Shown: positions 1 to 10,529, numbered from the stretch's first letter. The stretch is 38,460 nt of DNA from Candidatus Sulfobium sp. (GCA_037380845.1 JARRRI010000020.1:52046-90505); one strand, 5' to 3'. The notes: a model not told the origin generated them from the letters alone. Numbers and translations are program-made.

Positions 1-32
1 CGGGATTTGGAAATTCTTTTTTAAAGCTGACC

Positions 33-920
33 TTAAGTATTTACTTGCAAAACCGGGCTGACTGAAGCGTGCTCTTCCACGGTGATGTCCCACACGTCGG
101 GGACCGAGAGCAATTTTTTCAGAAACTTCACGTTGGTCGAATGTCCTGATCTGCTTGCTATTATGTGCCCGTCTATCGGGAAACCAAGGAGGGCAAAATC
201 TCCAATTAAATCAAGTACCTTGTGCCTGACAAACTCGTCCTTGAATCTCAGCCCGGATGAATTCAACACGCCGTTTTCACCCAGTATGATGGCATTTTCG
301 AGCGAGCCGCCCTTTGCCAGGCCGTTAGTGCGCAGATATTCAATGTCTTTCAAAAAACCGAAGGTCCGGGCAGGAGCGATTTCCTTGACAAAAGACTCTC
401 CGCTGATATCGAGGCAGAGCTTTTGTTCCCCAAAACCGTAGTGGTTGAAAAATATGCTGTACGTGATCCTTCTGCCCTCGTAAGGGAGAGCCGCTATCTT
501 CGAATGACCGTCGTCGAAGATTACGGGCCTCTTGATTTTCAGGTAAGGCCTTTTCTTCCCCTGTTTTGCGATTCCGGCCTTCAGTATCATGGCTATCAGC
601 TCCATCGAACTGCCGTCCAGAATAGGAATTTCGGGGCCGTTCACCTCTATGACGATGTTGTCTATATCGAGACCCGCTACCGCGGCCAGTATATGTTCGA
701 CCGTCCTTATTTTGACCCCGTTGAAGCCGATAGTGGTGGCAAAAGCGGTATCGATTACCGAACCCGCGTGTGCCTTTATCAACACCTTCTTGTCGGTGCG
801 GACAAAGGTTATACCGGTATCCCTGGAGGCAGGTTTGAGGGTCACCCTGGCATATCTTCCGGTATGCAGTCCGATGCCCTCAAAGCAGACTTCTTCTCTT
901 ATAGTCCTCTGTGAACGCAT
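33..920 (-). CDS. lpxC: UDP-3-O-acyl-N-acetylglucosamine deacetylase
   Basis: Motifs QRTI, GIGLHTG, TVEHILAA, EIPILDGSS, IAPARTFGF, RHKVLDLIGD and GH. Start moved to ATG 920 (MRSQRT). Confidence 0.97.
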   Translation of the reverse strand: MRSQRTIREEVCFEGIGLHTGRYARVTLKPASRDTGITFVRTDKKVLIKAHAGSVIDTAFATTIGFNGVKIRTVEHILAAVAGLDIDNIVIEVNGPEIPILDGSSMELIAMILKAGIAKQGKKRPYLKIKRPVIFDDGHSKIAALPYEGRRITYSIFFNHYGFGEQKLCLDISGESFVKEIAPARTFGFLKDIEYLRTNGLAKGGSLENAIILGENGVLNSSGLRFKDEFVRHKVLDLIGDFALLGFPIDGHIIASRSGHSTNVKFLKKLLSVPDVWDITVEEHASVSPVLQVNT

Positions 921-937
921 AGCCACGGCTAGCAACT

Positions 938-953
938 TGCAAGCTGCATGCCA
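938..953 (-). promoter_or_regulatory. sigma54 (-24/-12) promoter of lpxC
   Basis: Minus strand reads TGGCATG-CAGC-TTGCA, against consensus TGGCACG-N4-TTGCW, 17 nt upstream of the lpxC ATG. Confidence 0.75.
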
Positions 954-1100
954 CATTGTATTTGTTGATATATCGGCATACCTTTACCTGTCGGTGTAGA
1001 TAAATATCCTCAACTGTCTCCAGTTTAACACAGTCCGCCCGCGGGGGCCACATTGACCTGGAGGGGGCGGACGATAATCCGGGATTTAACGTGTGGCGGG

Positions 1101-2486
1101 CTACGCGTAAACGCCGCCGACGACAATCTCGGGAATCCTGATTGTCGGCATGGCGTCTGACACCGGCACGCCCTGGCCGTCTTTTCCGCAAGTGCCTATT
1201 GAAAAGCCCTGGTCATTTCCCACCATATCGATTGACTGTAATATCTGGGGGCCGTTGCCGGTGAGTGTGGCGCCCCTGACGAGTTCTTTTTTCAGACCTT
1301 TTTCAATCACATACCCTTCCTGGACATCAAAGACAAAGTCTCCCGTCACCGTATTGACCTGGCCTCCGCCCATCTTTTCGACCAGGAGGCCTTTTTCGAG
1401 GGAGCCGATTATTTTTTCAGGGGGCGTGTTACCCCGTGCTATGAATGTATTCGACATTCTGGGTACAGGCCTGTGTATGTAAGATTCCCGCCTGCCGTTT
1501 CCTGTAGATTCAGCACCGTCCTTCATGGCCGTCAGCCTGTCGTACATATAATTCTTCAGCACTCCCTTCTCCACAAGTACGGTTTCCCTGGACGGCGAAC
1601 CCTCGTCGTCAAACCTGAATGATCCTCTCTTTCCCGGGAGGGTGGAATCGTCTATCACGGTCACCAGAGGAGAGGCGACGCGGCTGCCGGCCTTTCCCGA
1701 ATATACGGAGAGGCCCTGCTGCGCAAGGTCCGCCTCCAGTCCGTGTCCGATTGCCTCGTGTATCATGGTGCCGCCCGCGCTGGAAAGAATTGCTACGGGC
1801 ATTCTCCCTCCCGGTGCCCTGGGGGCGGAAAGCATCATTACTGCTCTTCTGGCCGCCTTCAGAGTCAGTTTGTTCATGTCATCTTCTTCGAACAGTTCAA
1901 AGCCGATAAAACCGCCTGCGCTCTCGTAGCCTGTCTGGATCACATTGCCGGAGACGGCAACCACATGCACTATGGCTGACGTATAGATCCTCTCATCCTC
2001 CGAAATAAAGCCGTCCGACGTCGCGATCTGAACCTTCTGGACCAGGTCCCTGTAAACCGCAGAGACCTGTTTTATCTGCGGGCTGAAATTTCTCGCGGTA
2101 TTGTCGGCGGCCCTGATCACCGAAATCTTCCTGCTCAGCGAAACACCTTCCGGCATCAATTTTATATCGAACGCAACGGACGGCCTTCTCCTCCTCAGAT
2201 CAAGAGTCGACGGGCACTGCCCACCTGCAGCAGCCCTGCCTGCTTCGGCAGCCGCTTTCATTAATGCAGCTTCGGAGAAGTCATTGCTGTAAGCGTAGGA
2301 GGTCCTGCCTTTATAAATAAGCCGGATGCCGACGCCGGCTTCGAAGCCCCGGATGACCTTCTCCAGTTTTCCGTCGTCCATAACGAGAGATGTCTGTTTT
2401 CGCACCTCAGTGAAAATGTCGGCATATTCTCCCCCCTTGGAAAGGGTTTTCCTGATCAGATCCAGATGAAGTTCCTTGTCCAGCAT
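1101..2486 (-). CDS. tldD: TldD/PmbA family metalloprotease (TldD)
   Basis: HEAIGHGLEAD, GNGRRESY, PRMSNT and CGKDGQGVPVS motifs. Start set at ATG 2486. Confidence 0.93.
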   Translation of the reverse strand: MLDKELHLDLIRKTLSKGGEYADIFTEVRKQTSLVMDDGKLEKVIRGFEAGVGIRLIYKGRTSYAYSNDFSEAALMKAAAEAGRAAAGGQCPSTLDLRRRRPSVAFDIKLMPEGVSLSRKISVIRAADNTARNFSPQIKQVSAVYRDLVQKVQIATSDGFISEDERIYTSAIVHVVAVSGNVIQTGYESAGGFIGFELFEEDDMNKLTLKAARRAVMMLSAPRAPGGRMPVAILSSAGGTMIHEAIGHGLEADLAQQGLSVYSGKAGSRVASPLVTVIDDSTLPGKRGSFRFDDEGSPSRETVLVEKGVLKNYMYDRLTAMKDGAESTGNGRRESYIHRPVPRMSNTFIARGNTPPEKIIGSLEKGLLVEKMGGGQVNTVTGDFVFDVQEGYVIEKGLKKELVRGATLTGNGPQILQSIDMVGNDQGFSIGTCGKDGQGVPVSDAMPTIRIPEIVVGGVYA

Positions 2487-2641
2487 TCTCTTCCTTTCTT
2501 CTATCCGGACTTGACCGTTCGGCAGGCCGTTGATCAAAATCCGGCGCGACTGAGAAATTTTTAAAGCGGTTGTGTCCGCGGAAATCCCTGAATTTCTGAC
2601 AGGTCCGGTTTCAGGGCAACAAAGAAACCCTTTTATGCCCC

Positions 2642-2833
2642 TGGGCCCGGTTTAAAAAAGCTCAAATGACTGTCATTCCCCGACATGATCGGGAACCCGG
2701 TATCCTCTCCCGGACGCTCCGGTCAGGTTTATCCGCCGGACTCACAGCAGATCCGACCGCCTCCGGCGGCATCGAAGGCGACCCGGGCCGGGGTATGACG
2801 CATTTGAAAATGATCGCATATTGACCCACTACC
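2642..2833. mobile_element. ~190 bp MITE-like element, copy A
   Basis: Aligns by eye along its length with the reverse complement of 5343-5543. Ends in TGACCCACTACC and contains the palindrome GTCATTCCCCGACATGATCGGGAA. Confidence 0.7.
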
Positions 2834-3053
2834 TGTTCCTGCCATTGACCGCAATTTATCAGTCAAATATTATATCATTATTATCGGCACGGCTTGCTGC
2901 GGGACTGAAATAGTCCTGCTGCGGGTCAGGCGGCAGGTGTGTGATGAGCGCCTGGCTGAACAGGTCAGTTTAAATTGGCCGTCGCCGGATCCGTTCCGGA
3001 TGGGGCGGACGATGAAAAAATGACTTTGCGGGTAAACACAAACAGGGAATTTT

Positions 3054-3839
3054 ATGCCGGCATTCGGGATCATAGCGGGAAGCGGACTTGACAACATACC
3101 AGGGATGGACATCGGCCCGTCTGAAAGATTGTCCACTCCCTTTGGTGAGCCTTCGGACGTTTACAGGGCGGGCAAGTTGGCGGGAAAGGACGTGGTTTTG
3201 CTGTCGCGACACGGCCCCGGCCATCGCATACAGCCTCAGAGGATCAATTACCGGGCCAACTTATGGGGCTTCAGGGAACTCGGGGTGGAGAAAGTAATCT
3301 CCATAAGCGCCGCGGGGGGGATAAGAAGTGAGATTAAACCCGGCGCGATAATGGTGCCGGACCAGGTAATCGACATGACAAGCGGAAGGGCGTCTACTTT
3401 TTATGACGCCGAAGATGTCATACATGTAGACCTGACACAGCCCTATTGTCCGGACCTGAGGGGGTATGTTTTGAGGGCTGCGGAAAGTTCCGGAGTCCCG
3501 GTAATAAAGTCCGGGACTTACATTTGCGTTAACGGTCCCAGGCTGGAGACCGCTGCTGAAATCAAAACCTTTTCATTGTGGGGAGCGGATATTGTCGGCA
3601 TGACCGGTATGCCCGAGGCCGCGCTGGCCAGGGAACTGGAGATGTGCTTCGCCGGGATATCCGTGATTACCAACTTCGCCGCCGGCATAGGGTCCGGGAA
3701 ACTGACTACCGCAGAAGTGGTGGAGACCATGCAGGACTCCCTCGACGGGCTCAGGCTACTGCTGCAGGCTTTTTTTGCCCTGACCTTTTTTGCTCCCGGA
3801 TGCGGCTGTGGGCGGGCTCTGGAAGATGCCGGGATGTGA
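3054..3839 (+). CDS. mtnP: S-methyl-5'-thioadenosine/thioinosine phosphorylase (PNP/MTAP family)
   Basis: GIIAGSG, RHG, NYRAN, GPRLETAAE and VGMTGMPEA motifs. Confidence 0.9.
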   Translation: MPAFGIIAGSGLDNIPGMDIGPSERLSTPFGEPSDVYRAGKLAGKDVVLLSRHGPGHRIQPQRINYRANLWGFRELGVEKVISISAAGGIRSEIKPGAIMVPDQVIDMTSGRASTFYDAEDVIHVDLTQPYCPDLRGYVLRAAESSGVPVIKSGTYICVNGPRLETAAEIKTFSLWGADIVGMTGMPEAALARELEMCFAGISVITNFAAGIGSGKLTTAEVVETMQDSLDGLRLLLQAFFALTFFAPGCGCGRALEDAGM

Positions 3840-3905
3840 GCGCCTCCTTTCCTTTGGTTGTTGTCTATAGCCTTTATTTATCATTCATAAGGTAAAATAG
3901 ATTTC

Positions 3906-5276
3906 ATGCAGACGGTTCTATTGGTCGAAGACAAGGAGTCGATGGCCCGGATGCTGAAGGAGACCTTGGAGTCGGAGGGCTACAGGTCCATTATTGCACG
4001 CGACGGGGCTGAGGGGATAAGACTCCTGAAAGAGAATCACGTGGACCTTGTTCTGTCTGACCTTAAGCTGCCTAAAAAGGACGGGATTGAGGTTCTCAAG
4101 GCTTCAAAAGCTGAAAATCCCCTTGCTCCGGTCATCATGATGACCGCCTTCGGCACGGTCGAAACCGCCGTAAGGGCGATGAAGGAAGGCGCCTTTGATT
4201 TCATTACCAAGCCTTTTGACACCGACCATCTCCTCCTCCTGATCAAAAGGGCATTGGAAGCGCAGAGGTTAAGGGCCGAGAACACGCTTCTGAAAGAGGA
4301 ACTGGCCTCAAAATACGGTTCTCCGAGGATCATCGGTAAGAGCGCGGGGATCCTGGACGTGGCCCGGAAGATAAGGAAGGTTGCACCCGGCAAAACGACG
4401 GTCCTCCTCCTCGGCGAGAGCGGTACGGGCAAGGAACTTTTCGCCAGGGCCATCCACAATCTGAGCCCCAGAAACAGCGGGCCCTTCGTTCCGATCAATT
4501 GCGCGGCCATCCCCGGGGAACTTCTGGAAAGCGATCTCTTCGGCCACGAGAGAGGCGCATTTACGGGCGCCGATGCGAGAAAGCTGGGCAAGTTCGAGCT
4601 GGCTGAAAAGGGGACCATATTTCTGGACGAGATAGCAGAAATGGACCTGTCCCTGCAGGCAAAACTCCTCAGGGTCCTCCAGGAAGGCGAGATAGAGCGC
4701 GTCGGCGGCCTGGGGCCCATCGGGATCGATGTCCGGGTCGTGGCGGCCAGCAATAAAGACATAGAAAAGGCGGTAGAGGAGGGGCTCTTCAGGGAGGACC
4801 TCTTTTACAGGCTGAACGGGTTTCCCATCCTGATTCCTCCCCTGAGAGAACGTAAGGACGACATACCTTTACTGGCGGACTTCTTCATCTCCAAATATCG
4901 CGTCGAGCTGGGAGCCGGGGTAAGGGGCATTGCCGGGGAGGCGATGGAAATCCTGGTGGATTATCCCTGGAAGGGCAACGTCCGGGAGCTTGAAAACTGC
5001 ATAGAACGGGCCATAATACTCTGCGACGGTAACATGATCACGGCGGAGCACCTTTCGCTGAACCTTCAGCGGACCCTTGAAAGTTCCCTGAAGGACCTCC
5101 CCGTGGACGGTACCCTCGAAGATGCGGCGAAGAGGGCGGCACGCGTCGCCGAAACGCAAAGGATATTGCGCGCCCTGAAAGAGACGAGGGGCAACAAGAG
5201 CCGGGCCGCGGAATTATTGAGCGTAAGTTACAAAACCCTCCTTACCAAGATAAAAGACTACGGCATCGAATCCTGA
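3906..5276 (+). CDS. Sigma54-dependent response regulator (NtrC/AtoC family: REC-AAA+-Fis HTH)
   Basis: Receiver domain, GESGTGKE, GAFTGA, FLDEI, WKGNVRELEN and a C-terminal HTH. Confidence 0.95.
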   Translation: MQTVLLVEDKESMARMLKETLESEGYRSIIARDGAEGIRLLKENHVDLVLSDLKLPKKDGIEVLKASKAENPLAPVIMMTAFGTVETAVRAMKEGAFDFITKPFDTDHLLLLIKRALEAQRLRAENTLLKEELASKYGSPRIIGKSAGILDVARKIRKVAPGKTTVLLLGESGTGKELFARAIHNLSPRNSGPFVPINCAAIPGELLESDLFGHERGAFTGADARKLGKFELAEKGTIFLDEIAEMDLSLQAKLLRVLQEGEIERVGGLGPIGIDVRVVAASNKDIEKAVEEGLFREDLFYRLNGFPILIPPLRERKDDIPLLADFFISKYRVELGAGVRGIAGEAMEILVDYPWKGNVRELENCIERAIILCDGNMITAEHLSLNLQRTLESSLKDLPVDGTLEDAAKRAARVAETQRILRALKETRGNKSRAAELLSVSYKTLLTKIKDYGIES

Positions 5277-5342
5277 GAAGCAGGACCCGGGCACATTTTG
5301 CAAAGGGCGGAATCCGCAGTTGAGACCATCACATAGGAGTCT

Positions 5343-5543
5343 GGTAGTGGTTCGATATGCGATCACATTCAGACACCTTGATACTCCGGCCCTGGTCTCA
5401 TTCGGCGCCGCCAAAGGCGGGTAAACCCTCCGTGAGTCTGGCTGGTAAACCTGGCCGGAGTATCCGGAGGAAAATACCGGATTCCCCGATCAGGTCGGGG
5501 AATGACGATCATTTGACCCTTTTTTGTAAACTGACCCACTGCC
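5343..5543. mobile_element. ~200 bp MITE-like element, copy B (inverted relative to copy A)
   Basis: Imperfect terminal inverted repeats GGTAGTGGTTC...GACCCACTGCC, internal palindrome GGATTCCCCGATCAGGTCGGGGAATGAC, homologous to 2642-2833. Confidence 0.7.
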
Positions 5544-5751
5544 TGGAATCCCGTCTTCTTGACAGCGTCAAGTGCTTAGAATTATTATAAAAAGTCTTGG
5601 TTTGGCAGTTCGTTAAATCCCTGTATTCCCCGTTTGCCGGGTTCCGTCGGGAAAAACGGCGCATTGGACACTAAAGGGGATCGTCTGTTTCCCGGATGTT
5701 GTAGCCGAATAAACTGCGGACGGGAAGGGAAATAAAACGACGGAGGTTTTT

Positions 5752-6507
5752 GTGGCAGGTCATTCAAAGTGGGCGCAGATAAAGCACAAGAAGGCGCATA
5801 CCGATGCAAAGAGAGGGAAGGTCTTTACCAAGATCGTGAAAGAGATTTCCATAGCGGCAAGGCTGGGCGGCGGCGACGCCGGAGGGAATCCCAGGCTGCG
5901 CACGGCGATAGAAAAAGCAAAGGAAGTCAACATGCCGCATGATAACATCAAGAAGGCTGTCATGAAGGGGACGGGGGAACTTCCGGGCGTGACCTACGAG
6001 GAACTTGCTTACGAGGGCTACGGACCCAGCGGTGTTGCGGTCATGATCGAAGTCATGACCGACAACAAAAACAGGACGGTTCCGGAGATCAGGCACATTA
6101 TGGCGAAAAACGGCGGCAGTCTGGGTGAAACAGGTTGCGTTTCGTGGCTGTTCGACAAGAAAGGGTACATTCTTGTGAGCAAGTCCGCAGCGTCTGAAGA
6201 CGCCGTGATGACGGCCGCCCTTGAGGCGGGAGCGGAGGACATGAAGAACGATCCCGGGGAGGAAAACTTCGAAATCGTCACCTCGCCTGAAGATTTGGAA
6301 GCCGTGAGGAACGCGATCGAGCGGTCGAATATAACCGTGGAATCGGCGGAAGTTACCATGCTGCCGAAGAGTTACGTGGTACTGGACGAAAAGGCGGCCG
6401 AACAGATGATAAGACTGATGGAGGCACTGGAAGATCACGATGACGTGCAGAACGTATACGCGAATTTCGATATCCCGGCCGAGGTCGCTGAAAAGATAGG
6501 ACGGTAG
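5752..6507 (+). CDS. yebC: YebC/PmpR family protein
   Basis: [20 protein letters not shown] and DDVQNVY motifs. GGAGG RBS before a GTG start. Confidence 0.96.
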   Translation: MAGHSKWAQIKHKKAHTDAKRGKVFTKIVKEISIAARLGGGDAGGNPRLRTAIEKAKEVNMPHDNIKKAVMKGTGELPGVTYEELAYEGYGPSGVAVMIEVMTDNKNRTVPEIRHIMAKNGGSLGETGCVSWLFDKKGYILVSKSAASEDAVMTAALEAGAEDMKNDPGEENFEIVTSPEDLEAVRNAIERSNITVESAEVTMLPKSYVVLDEKAAEQMIRLMEALEDHDDVQNVYANFDIPAEVAEKIGR

Positions 6508-6616
6508 CAGGCACCTGGAGGGGTAAGGAGGGATTTGTCCCGGGACTCGCTGCACCTTATTGATTATTATTCGGCCATTGATATACTTATACGCGCCGAT
6601 TTATCATAGAAACATC

Positions 6617-7237
6617 ATGGGTATGTCTATCAGTGCTTCTTTTAAGAGACGTTTTATTGCGGGCCTGTTCGTCTCCATCCCTGCAATTATCACCCTTCTC
6701 GCTATCGAGTGGCTTTTCCGGTTCGTGGACGGGCTGCTCGGTCCTTTCTATAACAGGCTCCTGGGTCGTCCAACTCCCGGCCTGGGTTTCCTTTCGGCCA
6801 TTGCGCTTATCTTCATAGTCGGCGTGATTTCAACAAACGTCTTCGGCAGAAGGATCATAGAGTTCTCTGAACGCATCTTTCTCAAGATACCTGTTTTCAA
6901 GGGCTTCTATACAGCGGTCAAGCACCTCGTAGATGCGTTTTCGCCCGACAACAAGAATGTCTCATTCAAGAAATTCGTCATCGTGGAATATCCGAGGAAA
7001 GGCCTGTTCGCTTTCGGTTTCCTTACCAAGGAATGCACCTTCAAGTCCGTCGATGACGGCCCCGACAAGTGCCTCCGGGCAGTATATATTCCGACTAACA
7101 ATCTTTATCTGGGAGAGGTCATCCTCGTCAGTGAAGATGAAGTTTTTTATACGGACATACCGATCGACGAAGGGGTGAAGATAATCCTTTCGGGCGGGAT
7201 TGCGGCCCCGAACAGGATAGGGGAAGTGGTAAAGTGA
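6617..7237 (+). CDS. DUF502 family membrane protein
   Basis: Two N-terminal TM segments, VIVEYPRKG, YIPT and C-terminal IILSGG. Start uncertain (6617 or 6623). Confidence 0.8.
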   Translation: MGMSISASFKRRFIAGLFVSIPAIITLLAIEWLFRFVDGLLGPFYNRLLGRPTPGLGFLSAIALIFIVGVISTNVFGRRIIEFSERIFLKIPVFKGFYTAVKHLVDAFSPDNKNVSFKKFVIVEYPRKGLFAFGFLTKECTFKSVDDGPDKCLRAVYIPTNNLYLGEVILVSEDEVFYTDIPIDEGVKIILSGGIAAPNRIGEVVK

Positions 7238-8637
7238 AGACCGCATGCGTTGTGCTTGCGGCCGGTCTCGGGAAAAGGATGAACTCGGACCTGCCGAAAG
7301 TCTTGCATCGCATATGCGGCATCCCGTTGCTTCAGAGCGTCCTGAATTCGGTGGACGGTGTGAAGCCGGACAGGATTGTGGTGGTCGCAGGGGACCATAT
7401 CGGGAAAATTAAGGAAAATATAGATTCTCCCGGAGTCCTGTTCGCGGTGCAGCCGGGGGCAAAAGGCACGGGAGACGCCGTCCGGTGCGCCCTTCCGGTG
7501 ATCGGAGACTTCAGGGGCGATGTCCTGATCCTTAACGGCGACACGCCGCTGGTGAGGCCCGAAACGATAAAGAAGTTCCTGCGCCGCCACAGGAAAGACG
7601 GCAATGAACTGTCAGTGCTCTCTTTTAAGGCTGCCGATCCATCCGGCTATGGAAGGATTGTCAGAGACGCTTCGGGTGAGATCGAGGCGATAGTCGAAGA
7701 CAGGGACGCCGACCCGGTCCGCAAGAGGATCAGCGAAGTGAACAGCGGTCTTTATGCCGTACGCCGTGATGCGCTGGCGCTGGTGGGCGAGATTAAGCTC
7801 AACAGGTCCAAGGGAGAGTATTATCTTACAGATCTGGTTTCACAGGCCCTCCTGAAGAAAATGAAAACCTCCGCATATCCTGTCGGCGCGGAGGAAGAGT
7901 TCATGGGTGTCAACACCAGAGAAGAGCTCCGCAGGGCGTCCGACATATTGAGGAGACGCATCATAGCCGGCTGGACAAAAAAAGGGGTGGACTTCATGGA
8001 TGCCGGCTCGGTCTTCATCCATTACAATGTGTCCCTCGGGAGGGACACCGTAATCTATCCCAACGTATATATTGAGGGTCGCACGAGATTAGGCAGGAAC
8101 TCCACGGTTTACCCGAATGTAAGGATACTTGACAGTAATATAGGCAGGGAAGTGGTGATCAAGGATTCGACCCTGATAGAGAATGCGACGGTCGGAGACA
8201 GGGCTTCCGTCGGGCCTTTCGCGCACATCCGCCCGGGCTCTCAAATAGGCAGGGAGGCGAAGGTCGGAAACTTCGTGGAACTGAAAAAAACGGTCCTGGG
8301 AGCGAAGAGCAAGGCATCCCACCTGAGCTACCTCGGGGATGCGGAGATCGGAAACGGGGTCAATATCGGTGCCGGGACTATAACCTGCAATTATGACGGC
8401 AAAGAAAAACATGTCACGAGAATTGGAGACGGCGTTTTCGTGGGCAGCGATTCACAGCTGGTCGCCCCGGTCAGGGTCGGAAAAGGCGCCTATGTCGGAG
8501 CGGGGTCTACCATAACCCAGGACGTTCCCGCAGGCGCCCTGGCCATAAGCAGGAGCCGCCAGAAAAATATATGGGGATGGGTGCGCAAGCGGTCAAAGAC
8601 CGGGACGAAGAATACAAAAAAGAAGGGAAAGGAATAA
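7234..8637 (+). CDS. glmU: Bifunctional UDP-GlcNAc pyrophosphorylase/glucosamine-1-phosphate N-acetyltransferase
   Basis: LAAGLGKRM, GEYYLTD, hexapeptide repeats and GAGTITCNYDG. Confidence 0.97.
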   Translation: MKTACVVLAAGLGKRMNSDLPKVLHRICGIPLLQSVLNSVDGVKPDRIVVVAGDHIGKIKENIDSPGVLFAVQPGAKGTGDAVRCALPVIGDFRGDVLILNGDTPLVRPETIKKFLRRHRKDGNELSVLSFKAADPSGYGRIVRDASGEIEAIVEDRDADPVRKRISEVNSGLYAVRRDALALVGEIKLNRSKGEYYLTDLVSQALLKKMKTSAYPVGAEEEFMGVNTREELRRASDILRRRIIAGWTKKGVDFMDAGSVFIHYNVSLGRDTVIYPNVYIEGRTRLGRNSTVYPNVRILDSNIGREVVIKDSTLIENATVGDRASVGPFAHIRPGSQIGREAKVGNFVELKKTVLGAKSKASHLSYLGDAEIGNGVNIGAGTITCNYDGKEKHVTRIGDGVFVGSDSQLVAPVRVGKGAYVGAGSTITQDVPAGALAISRSRQKNIWGWVRKRSKTGTKNTKKKGKE

Positions 8638-8702
8638 AGGGACTGAGTTCTGACAAGGGAAATGGCGGGTGGCGGCATTTCCCGGTCCCGGGATGAATTG
8701 AC

Positions 8703-10529
8703 ATGTGCGGAATTATCGGCTATACAGGGAAAAGAAATGCCGTAGACGTTGTGCTCGAAGGGCTGAAACGGCTGGAATACAGGGGTTACGATTCGGCGGG
8801 GGTGGCTTTTTTTACGCGTAACGGGGTCGATGTTATCCGGTGCAAGGGGAAGATTCGGGACCTGGCGTCGATTGTCGGGACTGCTGAAGCCGCAAGCGGC
8901 ACGGCGATAGGCCATACCAGATGGGCCACGCATGGGAAGCCGTCGGAAGAGAACGCCCATCCTCACAGGTCCGGAGGCATAATCATCGTCCACAACGGAA
9001 TCATAGAGAACTACCTGGAGCTGAAAAGGAAACTCGCCGCAAAGGGGTACAGGTTTCTCTCCGAGACCGACACAGAGGTGCTGTGCCATCTCATCGAGGA
9101 TTGTGCAGCAAACCGTCCTATCGAAGAGGGTGTGAGGATGGCGCTGAGGGAAGTAAGGGGGGCCTACGCGCTTGCGGTCATCGATGCGGGTGAACCCGGC
9201 AAGATAGTAGGTGTACGCAAGGATAGTCCTCTGGTTGTCGGGCTGGGTGACGGAGAGTACTTCCTGGCGTCGGACGTGCCGGCTTTCTTGCCGTATTCCA
9301 GGGACGTCATGTTCCTGGGTGAGGAGGAAATGGCTGTCCTCAGCGCCGACGGGGTAGTCGTAACCACTCTGGAAGGCATGCCTGTGCGGAAGGAAGTGAC
9401 GTCTATCACCTGGAGTCCGTCGATGGCCGAAAAAGGCGGCTACAGGCACTTCATGCTCAAGGAAATATTCGAACAGCCCCGGGCGGTCAGCGACACCATC
9501 AGGGGCAGGTTCTCTGCAGAGAGGGGTACCGTAAACCTGGATGAATTCGGTCTGTCCGCAGATGTGCTGAAAGAGATTAACAAGATCTTTATGGTGGCCT
9601 GTGGTACTTCCTGGCATGCGGCCCTGATGGGAAAATACATGATCGAGGACCTTGCGAAAGTCCCGGTCGAGGTCGATGTCGCGTCCGAGTTCAGGTACCG
9701 GAAGCCGTTGATACGGCCCGGAGACCTGATGGTCGCCATTACCCAGTCGGGCGAAACCGCGGACACGCTTGCAGCCCAGAGGGAAGCGAAGAGGCTGGGG
9801 GCAAAGGTGCTGTCGATATGCAACGTTGTCGGAAGTACATCCGCGAGGGAAGCGGACTTTGTCTTTTACACCCATTCGGGTCCTGAAATAGGCGTCGCTT
9901 CAACGAAGGCATTCCTTACCCAGGTGACGGCCGTATATTTACTGGCTGTGGCTCTGGGAAGGATAAAAGGAGGCCTCGACGAAACAAAGTCCAGGGAAAT
10001 GCTGGACGAACTTCTGCTTCTGCCCGGCAAGGTAGAGCGCACCCTTTCATCCGGCGAGGCGCTCAAATCCATCGCCAGGAGCTACTTCAAGTCGAGGGGC
10101 TTTATCTATATCGGCAGGAGCATCAATTATCCGGTTGCCCTTGAAGGAGCGCTCAAGCTGAAGGAAATTTCATATATCCATGCCGAAGGATATCCGGCGG
10201 GCGAAATGAAGCACGGTCCCATCGCGCTGATCGACGAGGAACTTCCGGTTGTTGTGCTGGTGTCTCGGGACGGTCTGTATGAGAAGATGATCACCAGCAT
10301 TCAGGAAGTAAACAGCAGAGGTGGAAGAGTGGTTGCCATAGCCGGTGAGAGCATGAAGGATGTGTGCGAAATCTCTCAGGACTGTATCATGGTTCCCGAC
10401 GCAAACCCGTATATGTCGGCCGTGCTGCTGACGGTGCCACTCCAGCTGCTGGCCTATCATATCGGGGTGCTAAGGGGGTGTGATGTCGATCAGCCCAGGA
10501 ATCTCGCTAAGAGCGTAACGGTGGAATGA
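8703..10529 (+). CDS. glmS: Glutamine--fructose-6-phosphate transaminase (isomerizing)
   Basis: N-terminal MCGIIG, GHTRWATHG, QSGETADT and C-terminal PRNLAKSVTVE. Confidence 0.98.
   Translation: MCGIIGYTGKRNAVDVVLEGLKRLEYRGYDSAGVAFFTRNGVDVIRCKGKIRDLASIVGTAEAASGTAIGHTRWATHGKPSEENAHPHRSGGIIIVHNGIIENYLELKRKLAAKGYRFLSETDTEVLCHLIEDCAANRPIEEGVRMALREVRGAYALAVIDAGEPGKIVGVRKDSPLVVGLGDGEYFLASDVPAFLPYSRDVMFLGEEEMAVLSADGVVVTTLEGMPVRKEVTSITWSPSMAEKGGYRHFMLKEIFEQPRAVSDTIRGRFSAERGTVNLDEFGLSADVLKEINKIFMVACGTSWHAALMGKYMIEDLAKVPVEVDVASEFRYRKPLIRPGDLMVAITQSGETADTLAAQREAKRLGAKVLSICNVVGSTSAREADFVFYTHSGPEIGVASTKAFLTQVTAVYLLAVALGRIKGGLDETKSREMLDELLLLPGKVERTLSSGEALKSIARSYFKSRGFIYIGRSINYPVALEGALKLKEISYIHAEGYPAGEMKHGPIALIDEELPVVVLVSRDGLYEKMITSIQEVNSRGGRVVAIAGESMKDVCEISQDCIMVPDANPYMSAVLLTVPLQLLAYHIGVLRGCDVDQPRNLAKSVTVE

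Noticed and set aside
2885..2900. sigma54-like GGCACG..TTGC upstream of mtnP
   Set aside because: The GG-to-GC spacing is not the required 10 nt.
8638..8702. glmS ribozyme upstream of glmS
   Set aside because: The gap is only 65 bp and lacks the AGCGCC cleavage-site and GACGAGG core motifs.
8490..9875. Long antisense ORFs (this 461-aa one, also 5764-6555, 10653-11597 and 4037-4762)
   Set aside because: They are shadow frames opposite well-supported genes and have no recognisable motifs.
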